From: Lingula anatina
Taxonomy: Eukaryota; Animalia; Brachiopoda
Length of the DNA: 64,000 nucleotides
Direction of reading: 5' to 3'
NCBI GenBank assembly: GCA_051362555.1
Contig: CM120642.1
Span: 16,058,001-16,122,000, forward strand
In this document: piece by piece, positions 1-13,165 of the stretch
How the letters are laid out: each line of letters opens with the position of its first letter
Numbering within the stretch: the stretch's first letter is position 1
Program-made: the position numbers and the translations under genes
The notes under the pieces: model-generated
What the model was told of the DNA's origin: nothing
What the model saw: only the letters and a program-made list of their open reading frames with translations
The model's database searches: none

Positions 1-910
1 CCCCCCCTGGACAATCCCCCCCGGACAAGTCCCCCCTCCTCACAGACAATTCCTTCCAGGACAATTCCCTCCGGAAAATTCCCCCCGAAAGATATATATA
101 TTTATCGACAAATAAAATGTGAAGAATGTAAAGTGCAAATTTTTTCTAATCCATTTTATGAATATCTCACGTGTGTGATGCAACTCGAGGACAGAAAAAA
201 ATTATTTCATTAAACAAAATATTTTCATGGAGTACAAGTACAGATAAATTTAGAAATAGAAGTACTGAAAAATTTGTTAAAATCTGATCAAATTATATCT
301 GCATGTAAAGGTGGGGAAAACAGATGATTTCACTCATCCAGGTAACCCTTTAATGAATTAACTGTTGCTTTTAAATGTTTCATCACTTCTCCCTTGATCA
401 AGTCGCCCGCCTTGAATCAAGATGCATCTGTAGGTAGAGGTGGGGTAAACAGATTTTCTCACTTGTCCAGGTATCCCAATTGATTATCTGCCACTTTTAA
501 TTGCTTGACTACTACCCACCTAGCCACAACCCAGCACACTGAAAATATTCATAAAATATCTGTTTACCTGTTCATCTGTTTACTCCAACTGGAGGATAAG
601 TTGTTATACTTTGATTTGATATTTGATAAAACTTTATGTACTTGTACTAAATGAAAAAGGAATTAGATGTAAAAAATTAGTGATGGCATTATGTTAGCAC
701 ACTAAAATATTAATAAAATGGATGGGATGTCTTGAACTTTATACTTTTTTACTTAATATTTGTATATAAATATATATATTTCTTGGGGGAATCTTCCCGG
801 GCGGAATTATCTTGGGGGGGGGGGGGATCGTCCGTGGTGTGGGAGGGGGAGGGGGGCATTTGGCCGGGAGGAATTGTTCGGGGGTGGGGTGGGGGGGGAG
901 TCCTAAGATC
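1..910. mobile_element. Non-autonomous foldback/MITE-like DNA element with C-rich and G-rich repetitive inverted arms, left end cut by the window edge
   Basis: 59-103 (ggacaattccctccggaaaattccccccgaaagatatatatattt) closely matches the reverse complement of ~770-812. GGACAATTCCCC-type units at 1-90 are mirrored by GGGGGAATT..CC units at 783-905. There is an internal degenerate direct repeat at ~306-348 and ~434-477, and no coding potential. Confidence 0.7.
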
Positions 911-3900
911 GTATCCGGACCTCTGCATGTAAAGATAATTCAACAAGAGATATTTGCCGGTGAAATCCCTCGTTATAGAAGGTGACTTTATATAGATCTA
1001 CATGCAGGCATGTAAACACTAACAACACTTTACAACCTCTTTTTTAGTATTGAAAAGCCTCACTGCATGGGAATCGTCAATGAGCGCAGAGGAGACTGGT
1101 ATCCTTGGGACCCAAAGATAAACAGGGAAGGTTCCACCAGGTCCTTGTACTACACCAAAACGCATGAAAATCATTAAGTTGACAAAAATGGAAACGATCT
1201 ACTGTACCAGCAATTCCCAGCTTTAGAAACTGTCGCATATTCGTAAATGATGACAGAGTGTTTAGAAAGATTTATGGCCCATTATCAGGTTGATGGGCTT
1301 CTTGTCAGACTGTTTTTATAAACTCTTTTGACGGCAGTAGCAAATAATTAAAAAGGCTTTGGAAATTATTATATTGTACATGTAGAACCCATTTCCATTT
1401 GACATTTATAGAGCATGAATACACCACGTTCAATCTTTAATTCTTTTTATATTCAAAATTTGTTGAATATTCAAATCCCCTGTTTATTAGTTACTCAGGA
1501 ATGTATCACCAGCCAATTCACTGAACAATGTCATCGCTCAAAAATATACTCAAAAATTCTGTGAATTTCACATAAAGTCGATATCCCTACAATTCCCGTA
1601 TGAGAGCTGTGTTGAAAAAATAACCTGGTGCGTTGAAAAATAAGAGAAAATAAACCACATTTAATAATACGGCGCTTGAATTTGTGCCTAAGCTCTTGTG
1701 TGTGACTTTAACAAAGAAATGTAGATTAAACTTTAATGGTCGCTTTGTGAGTTGAAGATGGCGTATTTACTTTGTTTTTATCACGTTGATACGTAAATTA
1801 CAAAGTAAACACAGTGGCGAATACAGGGGCGCTTGCACTCATTAAAGGCGTATTCAAATATAATAAGCAGTAAATATTTTGTGTTATGTAAGGTCTGAAT
1901 ACAGAAAAAGAATTCTCCATTTGGCACCGTATTGATTTCAAGCCTATTAAGTAAAACTTAAGTGTGTGCATTATGTAGCCTACAAGGACTAAATAGTACT
2001 TTGTGTGAAAAGGATCTATTTGCAAACCTGGTATACTGTTCTGTCGACAAATACTTCAAGTGTTAGATCGAATCGTTTAGGTTCATCAACTCAGTTAAGA
2101 TACTTCGTCTTTTTAAATTTGCTGGCTTATTTTTGTGCTATCAAGTTTGCAGCGAATGGCACTTTGCTTCTTGCAAGGGAAACTTAATTAAGTGACATCA
2201 CATTTCTGTTTTGGTCGCGTATAGACTGTTTGAAGATATTGGAAATGTGAGCATGTTAATGAAAATGGGAAAAACTCGTTTAGTTGGCTTTACTACAGTA
2301 ATACAGCCAATACCGGAGTACTGGAGTATTTGAAATTTATTTTTTTATCTGGAAAAGTATTTTAACTGACTGATGATTTGCAACAAACATTTGTACGTTG
2401 CGCTTCCCTTCTGCATCACTAACTTTCCATCGACAGATATCTGTACATCAAACGGCTCCAAAATGTTTTTCATATTTTGTCAATCATCTGATCTCCGTCA
2501 AATAAAAACACCTCTGAGGCCTGCTCTTTAACTTTTCAACTGAACTTCCGTGTATATTGTCATCATGTAGTTCAGAAACATCAAAACTTTTCCCAGTATG
2601 TATTGATTAAAAGCGGTTTGCTCATCTTCGGGCCAATTTGACGTCAAGGACGAAGATTAAGCTACCATTTGATTATATGAGACAACCGATGACGTTATCA
2701 AATATGGTTTAGAATTGATCACATTTTGCTGACTCAAAGAGAAAAAACACGATTTACAACTACCCAGTTCCTACGTGTACAAATCTAAAGCGCATGATGT
2801 TTAGATATATGGCAAAGTGTGCCCGTAATATTATGTTATTTTGTGTTCCAATACTGTCGTCAGAAGAAATGTTCTAATTACAACACAGCCGATGATTACT
2901 GTTATTTTTTGTACAAAAACATTCCAAACACATTCTTCTTCAATGGCCTTCTTTATTCTGTACGTCACTTCGGCCCACCGAATGCTGTCTTAATTAACAA
3001 TTACGGCTGATAATGGTCTACTTCAAGGTTGAAATTAAAAATTGGCCGTAAATGATTTAAGACCCAAATGAGAAATCAGGGGCAATTTAAAAGAAGCGTA
3101 GGTTTGCTAACGAGCAAAAGTCTGCATTAAATGTCGCCAAGGAAATAGCGGTATCCAACTGTAAGAGAAAATGTGTGGCCTTTAAATCCTTAGCTTTTAT
3201 TTGAGCTTTTTACGCCTTTTATCCAGGACTCTAGATCATTTTACATCATACATGTTTGATTATTGGATCTATTTAGGTAGAAAATAGCCCTGAAAAAAAC
3301 AACAAAAAACTGAGAACTAGTTCACAAAACAAATGAAGATTTTGACCTCGGCTCATACTGCTTCAATGTAAAATCGGATAGCCTACTACGTATAAAGTCG
3401 ACTTTGTGATACCAATTAAGAAACGGTTTCAGGACGTTGAACCCACAAGAAATATCATCAACCCATTTGACTATTAACGAATTTAGAAGGAAGTCAATCT
3501 CCTACAGATAAATCTGACCGACCTATGCAAAGGAACGTTAATTTAATAGGAAACAGCCAATTCCGAATGAGAATGAGAAAGCACAGACAGACAGAACATT
3601 ACCACGTGGGTTGTACAATTAGACTTAAACACGCCATGACATTTCTGAGAGAGAATTAAAGTAACATAATCCCTTAGGAGGGAGGGAGGTTGGAGTGGTA
3701 GTTGACTTTGTTGTATTTTCATTTTTTTCATTAAGAAATCAAGTGGCTTCTTTATTAGGTAAGTAAATATAAAGAACTACTAATAACACAACTGCACACG
3801 CAGAATGTGTTTTTGATACACGTGCTTGTTGCATTTGACATCAGAACAACAGGGTATACTATACGAGCTGAGTGGCTTACAGTATGGATCAAAAACAAAC

Positions 3901-4768
3901 GCAACCCTTCCATAACCATAACTATTATGACATTTCCCAGATGCAAATATTTGGATCGAATTTTGATCATGTATTGGTTTTATAAGCATATCAAGACATA
4001 TCAATGACACCTGAAAGAAAGGTGAGAGATAGTAAAACATACAAAAGACATGTACCAAGTAGAGCTAACAATGCTCGTCTTCAAATGTGACACGAAGTAA
4101 CTCCGTAGCTGGCATGATCTCCGCCTTTATAAAGCATTTCGTTGTAACCCTTTTTCTTCTTTTGCGTTCCTTATTTGTCTCAATAACATACAAAGTAGAC
4201 ATATGCATTCCAAGAATAATGATGTTGACACATGCCTTGGAAGGTATTGATGAACGAGTGAAAATGTGTCCCTGCGACGTTAACACAAGCAATAATTAAA
4301 GGCCCCGTGAGGTACTGTGGATACATTGTAATACGCTTTGGAGCTAATTTTCTTATTTAAAGAAAAAGCTCTAAGGAGGACAAACACAGTGTACGTTGCA
4401 TTAAAAATAACTCAATGATATATGGCAGTTGCACAGAATAAAGTATACAAGCGTGATGGTTTTATCGCATCTACTGGTACCTATGGGTGATGATTTTGAC
4501 TTATAAGTCAAACAGCTTTCAAAAAAAGCTAAATTATAAACAGGCACAGGTAACTTGTAACGAGGAACCGTCTTTAACATTTTGCAAATACTAAATTTCC
4601 CAAAAGACAGCAGGGACTAGACGCAGCGCCCTGGAATTGAACCCTATCAATCACTGTGAAATTGGCACTGACCTTTCCTGAAATCATTTAGCACATTTTA
4701 ACCGGAATTACAGTCATTTCCTAATAACCAGTCATCAGTCTTTGGCCGAACACGACCCAACCCCTTTA

Positions 4769-4769
<1 letters not shown>

Positions 4770-4825
<56 letters not shown>

Positions 4826-4856
4826 ATATGTATGTGCGTGCGTGTGTGTGTGTGTG
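4770..4856. repeat. Compound (TC)n(TG)n microsatellite
   Basis: Directly visible. Confidence 0.95.
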
Positions 4857-5028
4857 CACGCATGTTTATTTGAGGTAGATCTAATGTCGATTGAATCACT
4901 TTCACATATTTTACATTCTAGAATCTTACTTTAAATTCGCTTTGACAACGCATTCAGTATCACCGCCGTTATAATTTTGCTCAGTGCAGCTATCCAGCAT
5001 CTTCAAATACATATAAATCAGCTTGACG

Positions 5029-5658
5029 TGACGTCAATAAGCGGGTTTCGTGAGGCGTTTCGTATTGTTTCTTCACAATAAGCAAGAATAAGGATTCGTC
5101 GGCGATTATTTATTGCATGCGTCTGCTTTATATCTTGTATGTATGCAGATGCCATACAGGTGCGGCTATGCCATTGTCTTAGTAACGTTTAAGAGAACAC
5201 CTGGGAAGCATTAAGGTTAATTTCCAAAATTTGCGACTTCCCGGATCTGATCCTAATGTGTTAACGATAAGATTGCCAGTGGCTGCAATAGATAGTTAAC
5301 GGCACACATCGTTGCATGCCTGCCAACGTAAATCAATCACGTGACAGGACGCTCCTCATCTCAACAGCAGAAGGGATAAAAGTTGATATATTACCGACGA
5401 CATAAAAATTTGATTGTGGTCATTGTTTTAAATGATGCGGTTACCACAACCAAAAACCTAGCCCGCAGGAACAACCTGAACCAGTAAAGGTAGAAAATAA
5501 TCGACAAAAACTGTCTGTTTACTGGTTGGTAATATCGGCGAAATACCAGTCCAGCGAGGCGGCGTATTTACCTTTCCCACATACGCCCAATTGCCCCATC
5601 GTGGTAAACCAACCGGTTGCCTAGCAACATTATTGATTACCGATCGATTACCACGTGG
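5029..5658. promoter_or_regulatory. Putative upstream enhancer cluster of the KCTD gene (CRE, E-boxes, RFX X-box)
   Basis: TGACGTCA at 5029-5036, TCACGTGA at 5337-5344, GTTGCCTAGCAAC (X-box consensus) at 5616-5628 and CCACGTGG at 5651-5658, all in a CpG-rich stretch. These are motif matches only. Confidence 0.35.
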
Positions 5659-7098
5659 GGTGGTTAGCAATTGACTCCAACCTGGCCGCTACCGAGTGGA
5701 AGAGAAAACAGAAAACGGGAATTTGTGTTAACGTCATATTACAGGTCCTTAGGACCATCATCATTTATTGTCCATTGATTTGCTATTAGTTGCGCAATCT
5801 ACACGTGCCTCCTTACTCTCAGGAGACACGATGATACGGCACCCCGTTGGCATTTGTGATTTCTTAGCCTAACATGCTCTTTATGTAATGAACACTTAAG
5901 TACCTTTGTCATTAGTCTTCGCTGACTAGTTTTGTTAGAATGTCGCCCCATTTCCCTAGGGATAGCACACTACAGAGTGTGTTCTTGTGTTCCTAGTGAT
6001 TGCGCGAGCGTTTGATTAAAGACGGAGGTTCTTATGTTCATCAAAGACATAATTTCAAAGTGTCTCATATCTTTACAGCTTCGCTTCATTCAGGAACATA
6101 ATCGACGTTAACTTATCCTTTAGGTGGTGTCATAAGATGTGCAATGACATGTGCATTATGGTAGATCGTACCTGGTCACGCGTCTGAGTTACGACGTGTG
6201 AATAAGAAAGGAACAACAAATGCAATTCCGCTGTCAGCCGACTGTGTTGAGCTGCTGCACAAATATACTGTCGCGTCCGCATACGTAGCCATATATAGTG
6301 ATATGGAACTGACACAAACTTCGAAATCGACACATTTTATGAGATTGTTACATGAAGTGCTATACTATGAAATATGAACAGGACGTACAATAGGAATAGT
6401 TGAGACGTTTGTTCACAGCGGAGATGTGTGAAGAAAAATCGGTTCTGTGGTTAGATTCAATTGGCAATGTACATGTACTGCATGGAACGGAGCGTCCCAT
6501 ACACGCTGTCAGCAAACTTCCCAAGACGCTTTATCGTTCACAAAAATGTGGTGTATATCATGCATATCATGTATTCATTAAACTGTGATGTTAATAACAT
6601 TGTACATAACGCGGTGACGCCGGGCGTCAGCAAAAAACTAATGAAGAATTCTCACCTAGACTTTGGCACATATATTTGCCAAGTGGTTTTTATTCACCTT
6701 TATATATAGTAGATGGTCTAGCTAGAACAATCTCATGTTGAATATGATGTTATATGCAAATAGTCGACCCAAGACTTAAAATCTCAGCCAAACATCGAAA
6801 AGAATTTCCACGGAATAACATGGCACTCAGTCGCGCTACTTGAGGTCGGCCTCCTATGTCCCAACTATCGTCATATCTTAACCATGGGATGTTTTTTATA
6901 AATCATCGACTGTGCATTACATGCACACGCTAGTACGCCATGACATTCAGTACTTCCAGATCAAAACTGCCATACAGATGGTTGACCCTTTAAAACCATG
7001 ACATGCGGGTGTAGCACGTTTCAGCTTAACTCTTCGCTGTCGTCACAGAACTGAACTGCGCAAGCTCCGAGTGCCTACCAGTGGAATCCCAGAAATCG

Positions 7099-7133
7099 TA
7101 TTTAAACAGCTTAAGCACTTTGCTGCCTCACTT
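7099..7133 (+). promoter_or_regulatory. Putative KCTD core promoter (TATA-like plus Inr)
   Basis: TATTTAAA at 7099-7106 is followed ~30 nt later by Inr-like TCACTT (7128-7133). A plausible 5'UTR intron 7814-8115 (cag|GTCAGT ... ttttttAG) lies between here and the ATG. Confidence 0.35.
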
Positions 7134-8211
7134 GGCTGCGAAACAAGACTCTGCTGGCGAGAAGGATTCGATCGACTTTTCTCCTGCACGGGACGTGTGT
7201 TTATATCATGCACTGTGCTCTACTCGTCTAAATGAAGAGATAGTTCGTGCTTGGAAGTTAAAGATTCAAGCGACCCAAACTGAGGTTTGGTAAAGATAAT
7301 GGCGTAACTATCGACTGCATGCACATTGCGGGGATAACTCGGCTTGACACTCACTGGGAAATTCGCCACGGGAATTTTACATCGTTAATCCACATTTAAC
7401 GCGTTTGAGGGTTCCAGTGCACATACATTTGGCTTACGGAAGCACACAGTCCGTACAGCATAGAAGATATTGTCTCTTTGAAGGCCGAAGTTATCCCATA
7501 TATCGCCGTCGAATGTGACTTAGTAGGGAACAGTAGGTTCAAAGTAAAATCGCAGATGCACAGCCCGGCGCGATTAAGTGATAACGCAAATGTTCAATGC
7601 ACGTCAGGGTTGAGTTATCATTAAACTAAAACGTAAGGACACTTAACGGAAACCAGAAAGAAATATATCTACAGGTGAAAGGGATCATTTTAAAAGGTAG
7701 ACATTTCTGGCGGTAACGTACATAACTGAACACAATTGCAAACAGGCTTCGGGTATTTTATAAACAGATTTGACGTGACGTTGAATGCCCAGCATCAGAG
7801 CCTATTTCCTCAGGTCAGTAACCAAGGATTTATTTAATAATGTTCTTTGCTTTCTGATACACAATTGCATCTAATATTTGCACTGCATAACGCAATATTG
7901 ACAAACGAACTGTCCTTGAGTCATTTTTGATTTACTTAAGAACACAATCCATCAGCGGTGCCTTTTTTGCTTACATTCACAACAAATTACCACGTTAAGT
8001 ATGTGTTAATGGGATACCTTCTAAGTCGTGTTTCCTTCAATCACTGACTACATTAATTTGAACCTAGGAGAGGAATCCCAGTAAACTGATACGAAGAAAC
8101 ACCGAGTTTTTTTAGATTTATTGACGTGATTCCTTGGAATAACTATTGACATTCAAACATTGGCATTGGCTTCCACTCAAATTTCACTATATCTCAACCG
8201 AGAGGGGAAAA

Positions 8212-9039
8212 ATGACTAGTAACAGCAATAGCAACGATCAGCACCACCCTGCCATAGTGGAACTGAACGTCGGTGGGGTGCTATACTCTACGACTTCTAC
8301 CACCCTCACGCGGTACCCGAACTCTTACCTTGGGAAGATTTTCACTGGCCGTAGCGAGGAGACATTGCCTCGCGACAGCAAAGGGAAGTACTTTCTAGAC
8401 AGAGACGGTGTGTTATTTCGGTACGTTCTGGATTTCCTGCGAAACCAGAGATTGGTCCTGCCAGAGAACTTTCAGGAAAAGGAGCGTCTGAAACACGAGG
8501 CAGAGTATTTCCAATTACCAGAACTCACCAAAGGCATTAAACATGATGTACATGACGACCACGAGGACACAATGGACCATCACTCCCGGATTGCTATGTA
8601 CAGTCGAATGAGAATAAACAGTCTCCCTGCCCCACTTCAGAGACATTGGGGTTCTGCGGGCTACATCACCCTGGGGTACAGGGGTACCTTTGCGTTCGGT
8701 CGGGACGGATTAGTTGACGTAAAGTTCCGGAAGCTGACGCGGCTCCTTGTTTGCGGAAGAGTGTCACTCCTGCGAGAGGCGTTTGGGGAAACTCTGAACG
8801 AAAGTCGAGACCCCGACCGCGGCCCTGATGACCGTTACACGGGACGCTTCTTTCTTAAGCACACGTTCCTGGAGCAGGCGTTTGATATGTTGGCAGAGGC
8901 AGGGTTTCATATGGCTTCTGGCATGGCGTCAGGGACAAATGGCGCGGATGTCAAGCCCGGTATGGAGATTGAAGAAAGTCGATGGCAACATTATACAGAA
9001 TTCGTCTTTTACCGGGAACCCGGTGACCATTGTCCTTAA
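8212..9039 (+). CDS. KCTD16: BTB/POZ (T1) domain protein of the KCTD8/12/16 family (GABA-B receptor auxiliary subunit-like, Drosophila Ktl-like), 275 aa, single coding exon
   Basis: First in-frame ATG is at 8212 (the track ORF starts at an upstream TTG). BTB motifs IVELNVGG, YFLDRDGVLFRYVLDFLR, RLKHEAEYFQL; H1 domain GYITLGYRGTF, KFRKLTRLLVCG, FGETLNESRDPDR, HYTEFVFYR; TAA at 9037-9039. The symbol marks the family, since the gene is probably a pro-ortholog of KCTD8/12/16. Confidence 0.93.
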   Translation: MTSNSNSNDQHHPAIVELNVGGVLYSTTSTTLTRYPNSYLGKIFTGRSEETLPRDSKGKYFLDRDGVLFRYVLDFLRNQRLVLPENFQEKERLKHEAEYFQLPELTKGIKHDVHDDHEDTMDHHSRIAMYSRMRINSLPAPLQRHWGSAGYITLGYRGTFAFGRDGLVDVKFRKLTRLLVCGRVSLLREAFGETLNESRDPDRGPDDRYTGRFFLKHTFLEQAFDMLAEAGFHMASGMASGTNGADVKPGMEIEESRWQHYTEFVFYREPGDHCP

Positions 9040-10937
9040 AATGTGAAACGTCTACCAGTGACCACAGCTGGGACAAATTTTCGCAGTAGAAACCGGTGTT
9101 TCATGAAGGCATCGCCAAATTGGAATATTGTCTGGTTCATCGTATTGACACGAGGACGTATCCGTGGAATCCGTGAAAAAATATCAGTCATGTCTGACCA
9201 TCTGTATGTGATTGGCACCAATGGAGCTCTGCTTTTTTATTAACAAAACTTTGTTATATACTTTGACCAAGTCACGACTCTCTATGCCATTATTCGTAAA
9301 TCGCAAATATCATTTTGAAATGGACACGTTTTAACGAGATTGTCCCTGGAACCACAGCGACATCTAATATTACCATCATTTATCGTTCTGGACACCATTT
9401 TGAAATAAGACTCATTCTGTGTTGTACAAACTTAAAGTTGTATTGGATATAGTTCCAAGTTGTTGACCGTGAAGTGACTTTGGGCCTGCTGCTTTTACTG
9501 CTTTAACGTAAGTGTGTGGTAGTGCCACTTTCAATAATACTGTAGTGATTAACGTCCTTTAGAACTGAATATGAACATACTGCCTGCAGGCTGCACCGTT
9601 AAGTGTTGTTCAATGTAGCTACGACCCTTTAAGGTCTGTATTCATAGTAATCAATTCTGTCAGTAAGTACGTATTTAACTACGCTCAGCAGGGAGCTCTG
9701 GGCGTTCTTATCGTGCTCGCCAGAACTACCCACGACAGCTAGACTATTGGATATTGATGCAAAGCTGAATAAGTCTAAATTATTGTATTATTTCAATAGC
9801 ATCGGCATATTTCAAAGTGAAAACCGAGTTATCCCTGGCTGTATTATACTGTCTGCAAAGAAAGTTACTGTTACTGTTACAATGTTCGAATAGTTCAATG
9901 TTTTAAACGAAATGTTGTATAGCGTTTCCCTCTACCAATTCGTGTGCTTTCACTTAACTGTGAAACCACCATGATAACAATGGCGAAAGCATTGTGAAGT
10001 TGATCATTACCATGCGGTGTTAGGATATATATAATTTAACACGATTGCATTGCGATGGTAATTCCATCATCAATGGCATGTTTCAATATTAATGTGTGCA
10101 ATGACATCGCATTACTCATATCGTAACAAGACCAGCAAGAGACATCTCCAGCTTGTAGATTTATCTGTTTTTACTAGATTCTCGATCTAGTCACATACAT
10201 GTACATCATCAGCGACTGTTTGTTTGAATATACAGTTGGTGAAAACAGAGCCATTGTCGAAATCCAATATTTAACATAAAATTATTGGCCAATTTCGTTT
10301 GGTTTTCATTGCTCGTTTAAGACAAAAACGTTTGTCCATTATTTTCGGGGCCAATACTCAGTCTTGTAGAACGATCACAGTGGCCGTAAAATGTAAATTA
10401 CGAATTGTACAAAGAGTTAGTAGCGTCAGTGACAGAAGTTGAAGGTGGCTTTTTAAGCATCGAGCAGAGCGACTGTGTGAGGAATTTGATACTCTTATAT
10501 TAAAATCCAACAATGCTCACACGTAAGATATGGTTTTACAGTGTTTCGTGTTCCATACGTTTCTTTTTTTTTTTTTGCCACACTTGGCTGCTCCGCAAAA
10601 CCAAATGCCATTGCCACTAAATCCAGTGGGCCGAATTTTTACTTTATCTGTACCCACCGTTCATATTACATTGGTAATTATACAATATACTGGATTAAAA
10701 ATAACGATTTTTACACGGGCTGCAATTCTCTGTTCTTTAAAGATTCACCACTGCACAAAGAGTTCCGAAATTACAAACAACTTTATTAATGTTCTTCGAT
10801 GTGAATCCAGCGCTTTGTGTTTTGTACTGTTTACAAATGAATTATTAAGTATTTTGATATTCTACTAAAAGCTTACATATTTACGTTGATTAAATTAGGA
10901 AAAAATAATTCAGTAACGCAAACGTTTTTGTAATATA

Positions 10938-10943
10938 AATAAA
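10938..10943 (+). terminator. Candidate polyadenylation signal for KCTD (~1.9-kb 3'UTR)
   Basis: AATAAA at the end of a U/A-rich 3'UTR-like stretch. No transcript evidence. Confidence 0.3.
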
Positions 10944-13015
10944 TGATCATAAAATAATATTTTAGCGGAAATGTAGTAATTCAATTATTTGTAGAATCAT
11001 CCGAATCCAAAACAGTCTCTCCATTGCACTATTTCAAAGAAAATTATACTTTCGTTGAAAACCTATATTCCAACAGACATATTTCAATGTAAACAACAGT
11101 GATAGGTTACAACCATTGAGGTACGATATACATACAATTGAACGTGCCCAGATTGCCCTAGATGTATATCGCATAACCAATCTCTTATCCGTGATAGCCT
11201 GCCACTCAAGTATGCTTTACTGATACGAATCGTGGAGTTCGTCTTCCAACCTGTGGCATGCGGACGAGCTATCTTCATTTTCAAATAGCTCGTCTGTCAT
11301 GTGCAAAAGACATCGTTTCAACAAACCCGTCAGTCTAAATTTAGAGGATGTTTGTCAACGAGACCATTCATTTCTTGTTTGGTGAAGCGGAAAAGGTAAT
11401 TGAACAGTTCTCAACCAACAAATCCAATATCTCACAGGTATGTATGTATGCATGTATTCACTTCTGGATAAAGTAAGACCGCGTATTGATGTAAGTCAGT
11501 TAGAGGACGCAGCTGTTACAAAAATCGGGATGACACTACGGGTATTTAAAGCTAATTAGTAGCCCATATATTTCCTACAGACATAGTTTATTTGTATTTG
11601 ATACCATTCATCTATTCTAAATTTATATTTGTGTAAACATATCGCTTTGATTTAAAGATAACATGGTGGTACTGTTTTATTAAAAGACTACTGAAAGTGA
11701 TCCTGATTTAATGTTGATTTAAGACACAGTGTACGACCAATTATGGCGCATCATAAAGGAGGAACCAGCCAAATACTCATTCAACGTTACAGCGTCCAAA
11801 CGCACATAATGGCTCTTGATTTAATCTAAACAGTCATGTTACCACCGCAGAACGAGTAGAAACCAGAAAGCATATTACTGAATGACCGAGACTAATTCAA
11901 TAAACATGTGGTCACAATGCATTACCTTGGTCATAATTCACAGCAATAAAATACCAGTTCTAATTCATTAACTATGAGGTAGAACACCAGTTAGATGCAT
12001 GAAATATGTCTGACCGCACTAGTATGAATTGTATTCTCTTGATATCCAAGTCGTAATGGCTCTCCTTGATGAGGCGTTTGATCATTAATCCGTTGGAAAC
12101 ACCAAAGCCTAACCAGTTATTAGTCCCTGTGGTGCTCTATCTATAGTCGCCATTGATATGACCCACTTTGTATCTAACGTTATATTAACGGACCGTCATA
12201 CAATTGACAGTTGAATACCCAATAAAAGTTTCATTATTACGACTAAGAGAGCTTGTCGAGGACAATGTCACTTATCATATTTGCCAACTTAAGCGTCTCA
12301 CCGCGGTTCGGCTTTTTTTTTATCTCAAATTTGTTTGTTTTTTTGAATAAGCGCTTTTTACCCCGAGCTCGCAGTACACGCAACAAGGTATGCAGCACAG
12401 AGGTCGGGGACGTATGTTTTATTGATGACCTCAACGGCGAAACCATGAAAACCTTTTGTACGAATTATTCCCAAGGTTTCTCTAACGCTAAAAGCACTTA
12501 TGTTTAAAGAAACCATTTGTCAATTTCATAACTATAGAAGGCCGGGTGTTTTTATCCTACCGTTTGATGTTTGGAATTTGTCTGAAAGCTCTTTTTGAGT
12601 CATTTATTTTAATCATTTCATTGCAAATGGCCTTCAGCCCATTTGGCTCACAACACCAACCATAGGCTGCGGAGCAAAAAGAAACATTTGTCGATTAGTA
12701 TCATGGATGCGAAGCCATATTAGTACTGTTTCCAGGACCTCGATTAATTCAATTAAAGATACCAAAGTTTAGACGTTGCACAGTTAACCGCAGCCATTGT
12801 TGTCTTTCACGCCTTCTCCATTCACCGTTACCTTTCTTTGAGCAGAAACTTTGTGACAAGAAGCTAACATATTCAATGCTACGACATCCTTTAATTATGT
12901 GTGCTTTAGCAATGGAAGAGGCGATGATTTGTGTACTATAGCATGTGTTTACAAGAAATGTATTTGCGATAACATTAACAAATACTGGTATATTATTTAG
13001 AAAAAAACATCTCAT

Positions 13016-13165
13016 CCGTGTAACAAAAAGTGGGCCCTCCATTTAGTTACTATGGTTAGGGTTAGCCTGACCTAAGTGGGTCAACGTCTAGGGTGAGGCT
13101 TACCTGTACAAATGAATGGAAAGCAGTCTCTCTATCATGGGGGACTCTCTGTCTGTTACAACCGG
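13016..13165 (+). mobile_element. Short MITE with GGTTAGGGTTAG core, copy 1 (internally deleted)
   Basis: Collinear similarity to 14718-14886 (ctccatttagtta...ggttagggttagcctg...cttacctg.acaaatgaatggaa...ctatcatggggga...). Termini ccgtgtaa / ttacaaccgg. Confidence 0.75.

Noticed and set aside
4296-4577. TTAA-flanked segment resembling a Kolobok-type MITE
   Set aside because: TIRs too degenerate and no second copy in the window.
8146-8211. N-terminal 22 aa of the track ORF for KCTD
   Set aside because: Starts at TTG. In a eukaryote the first in-frame ATG (8212) is the likely start.
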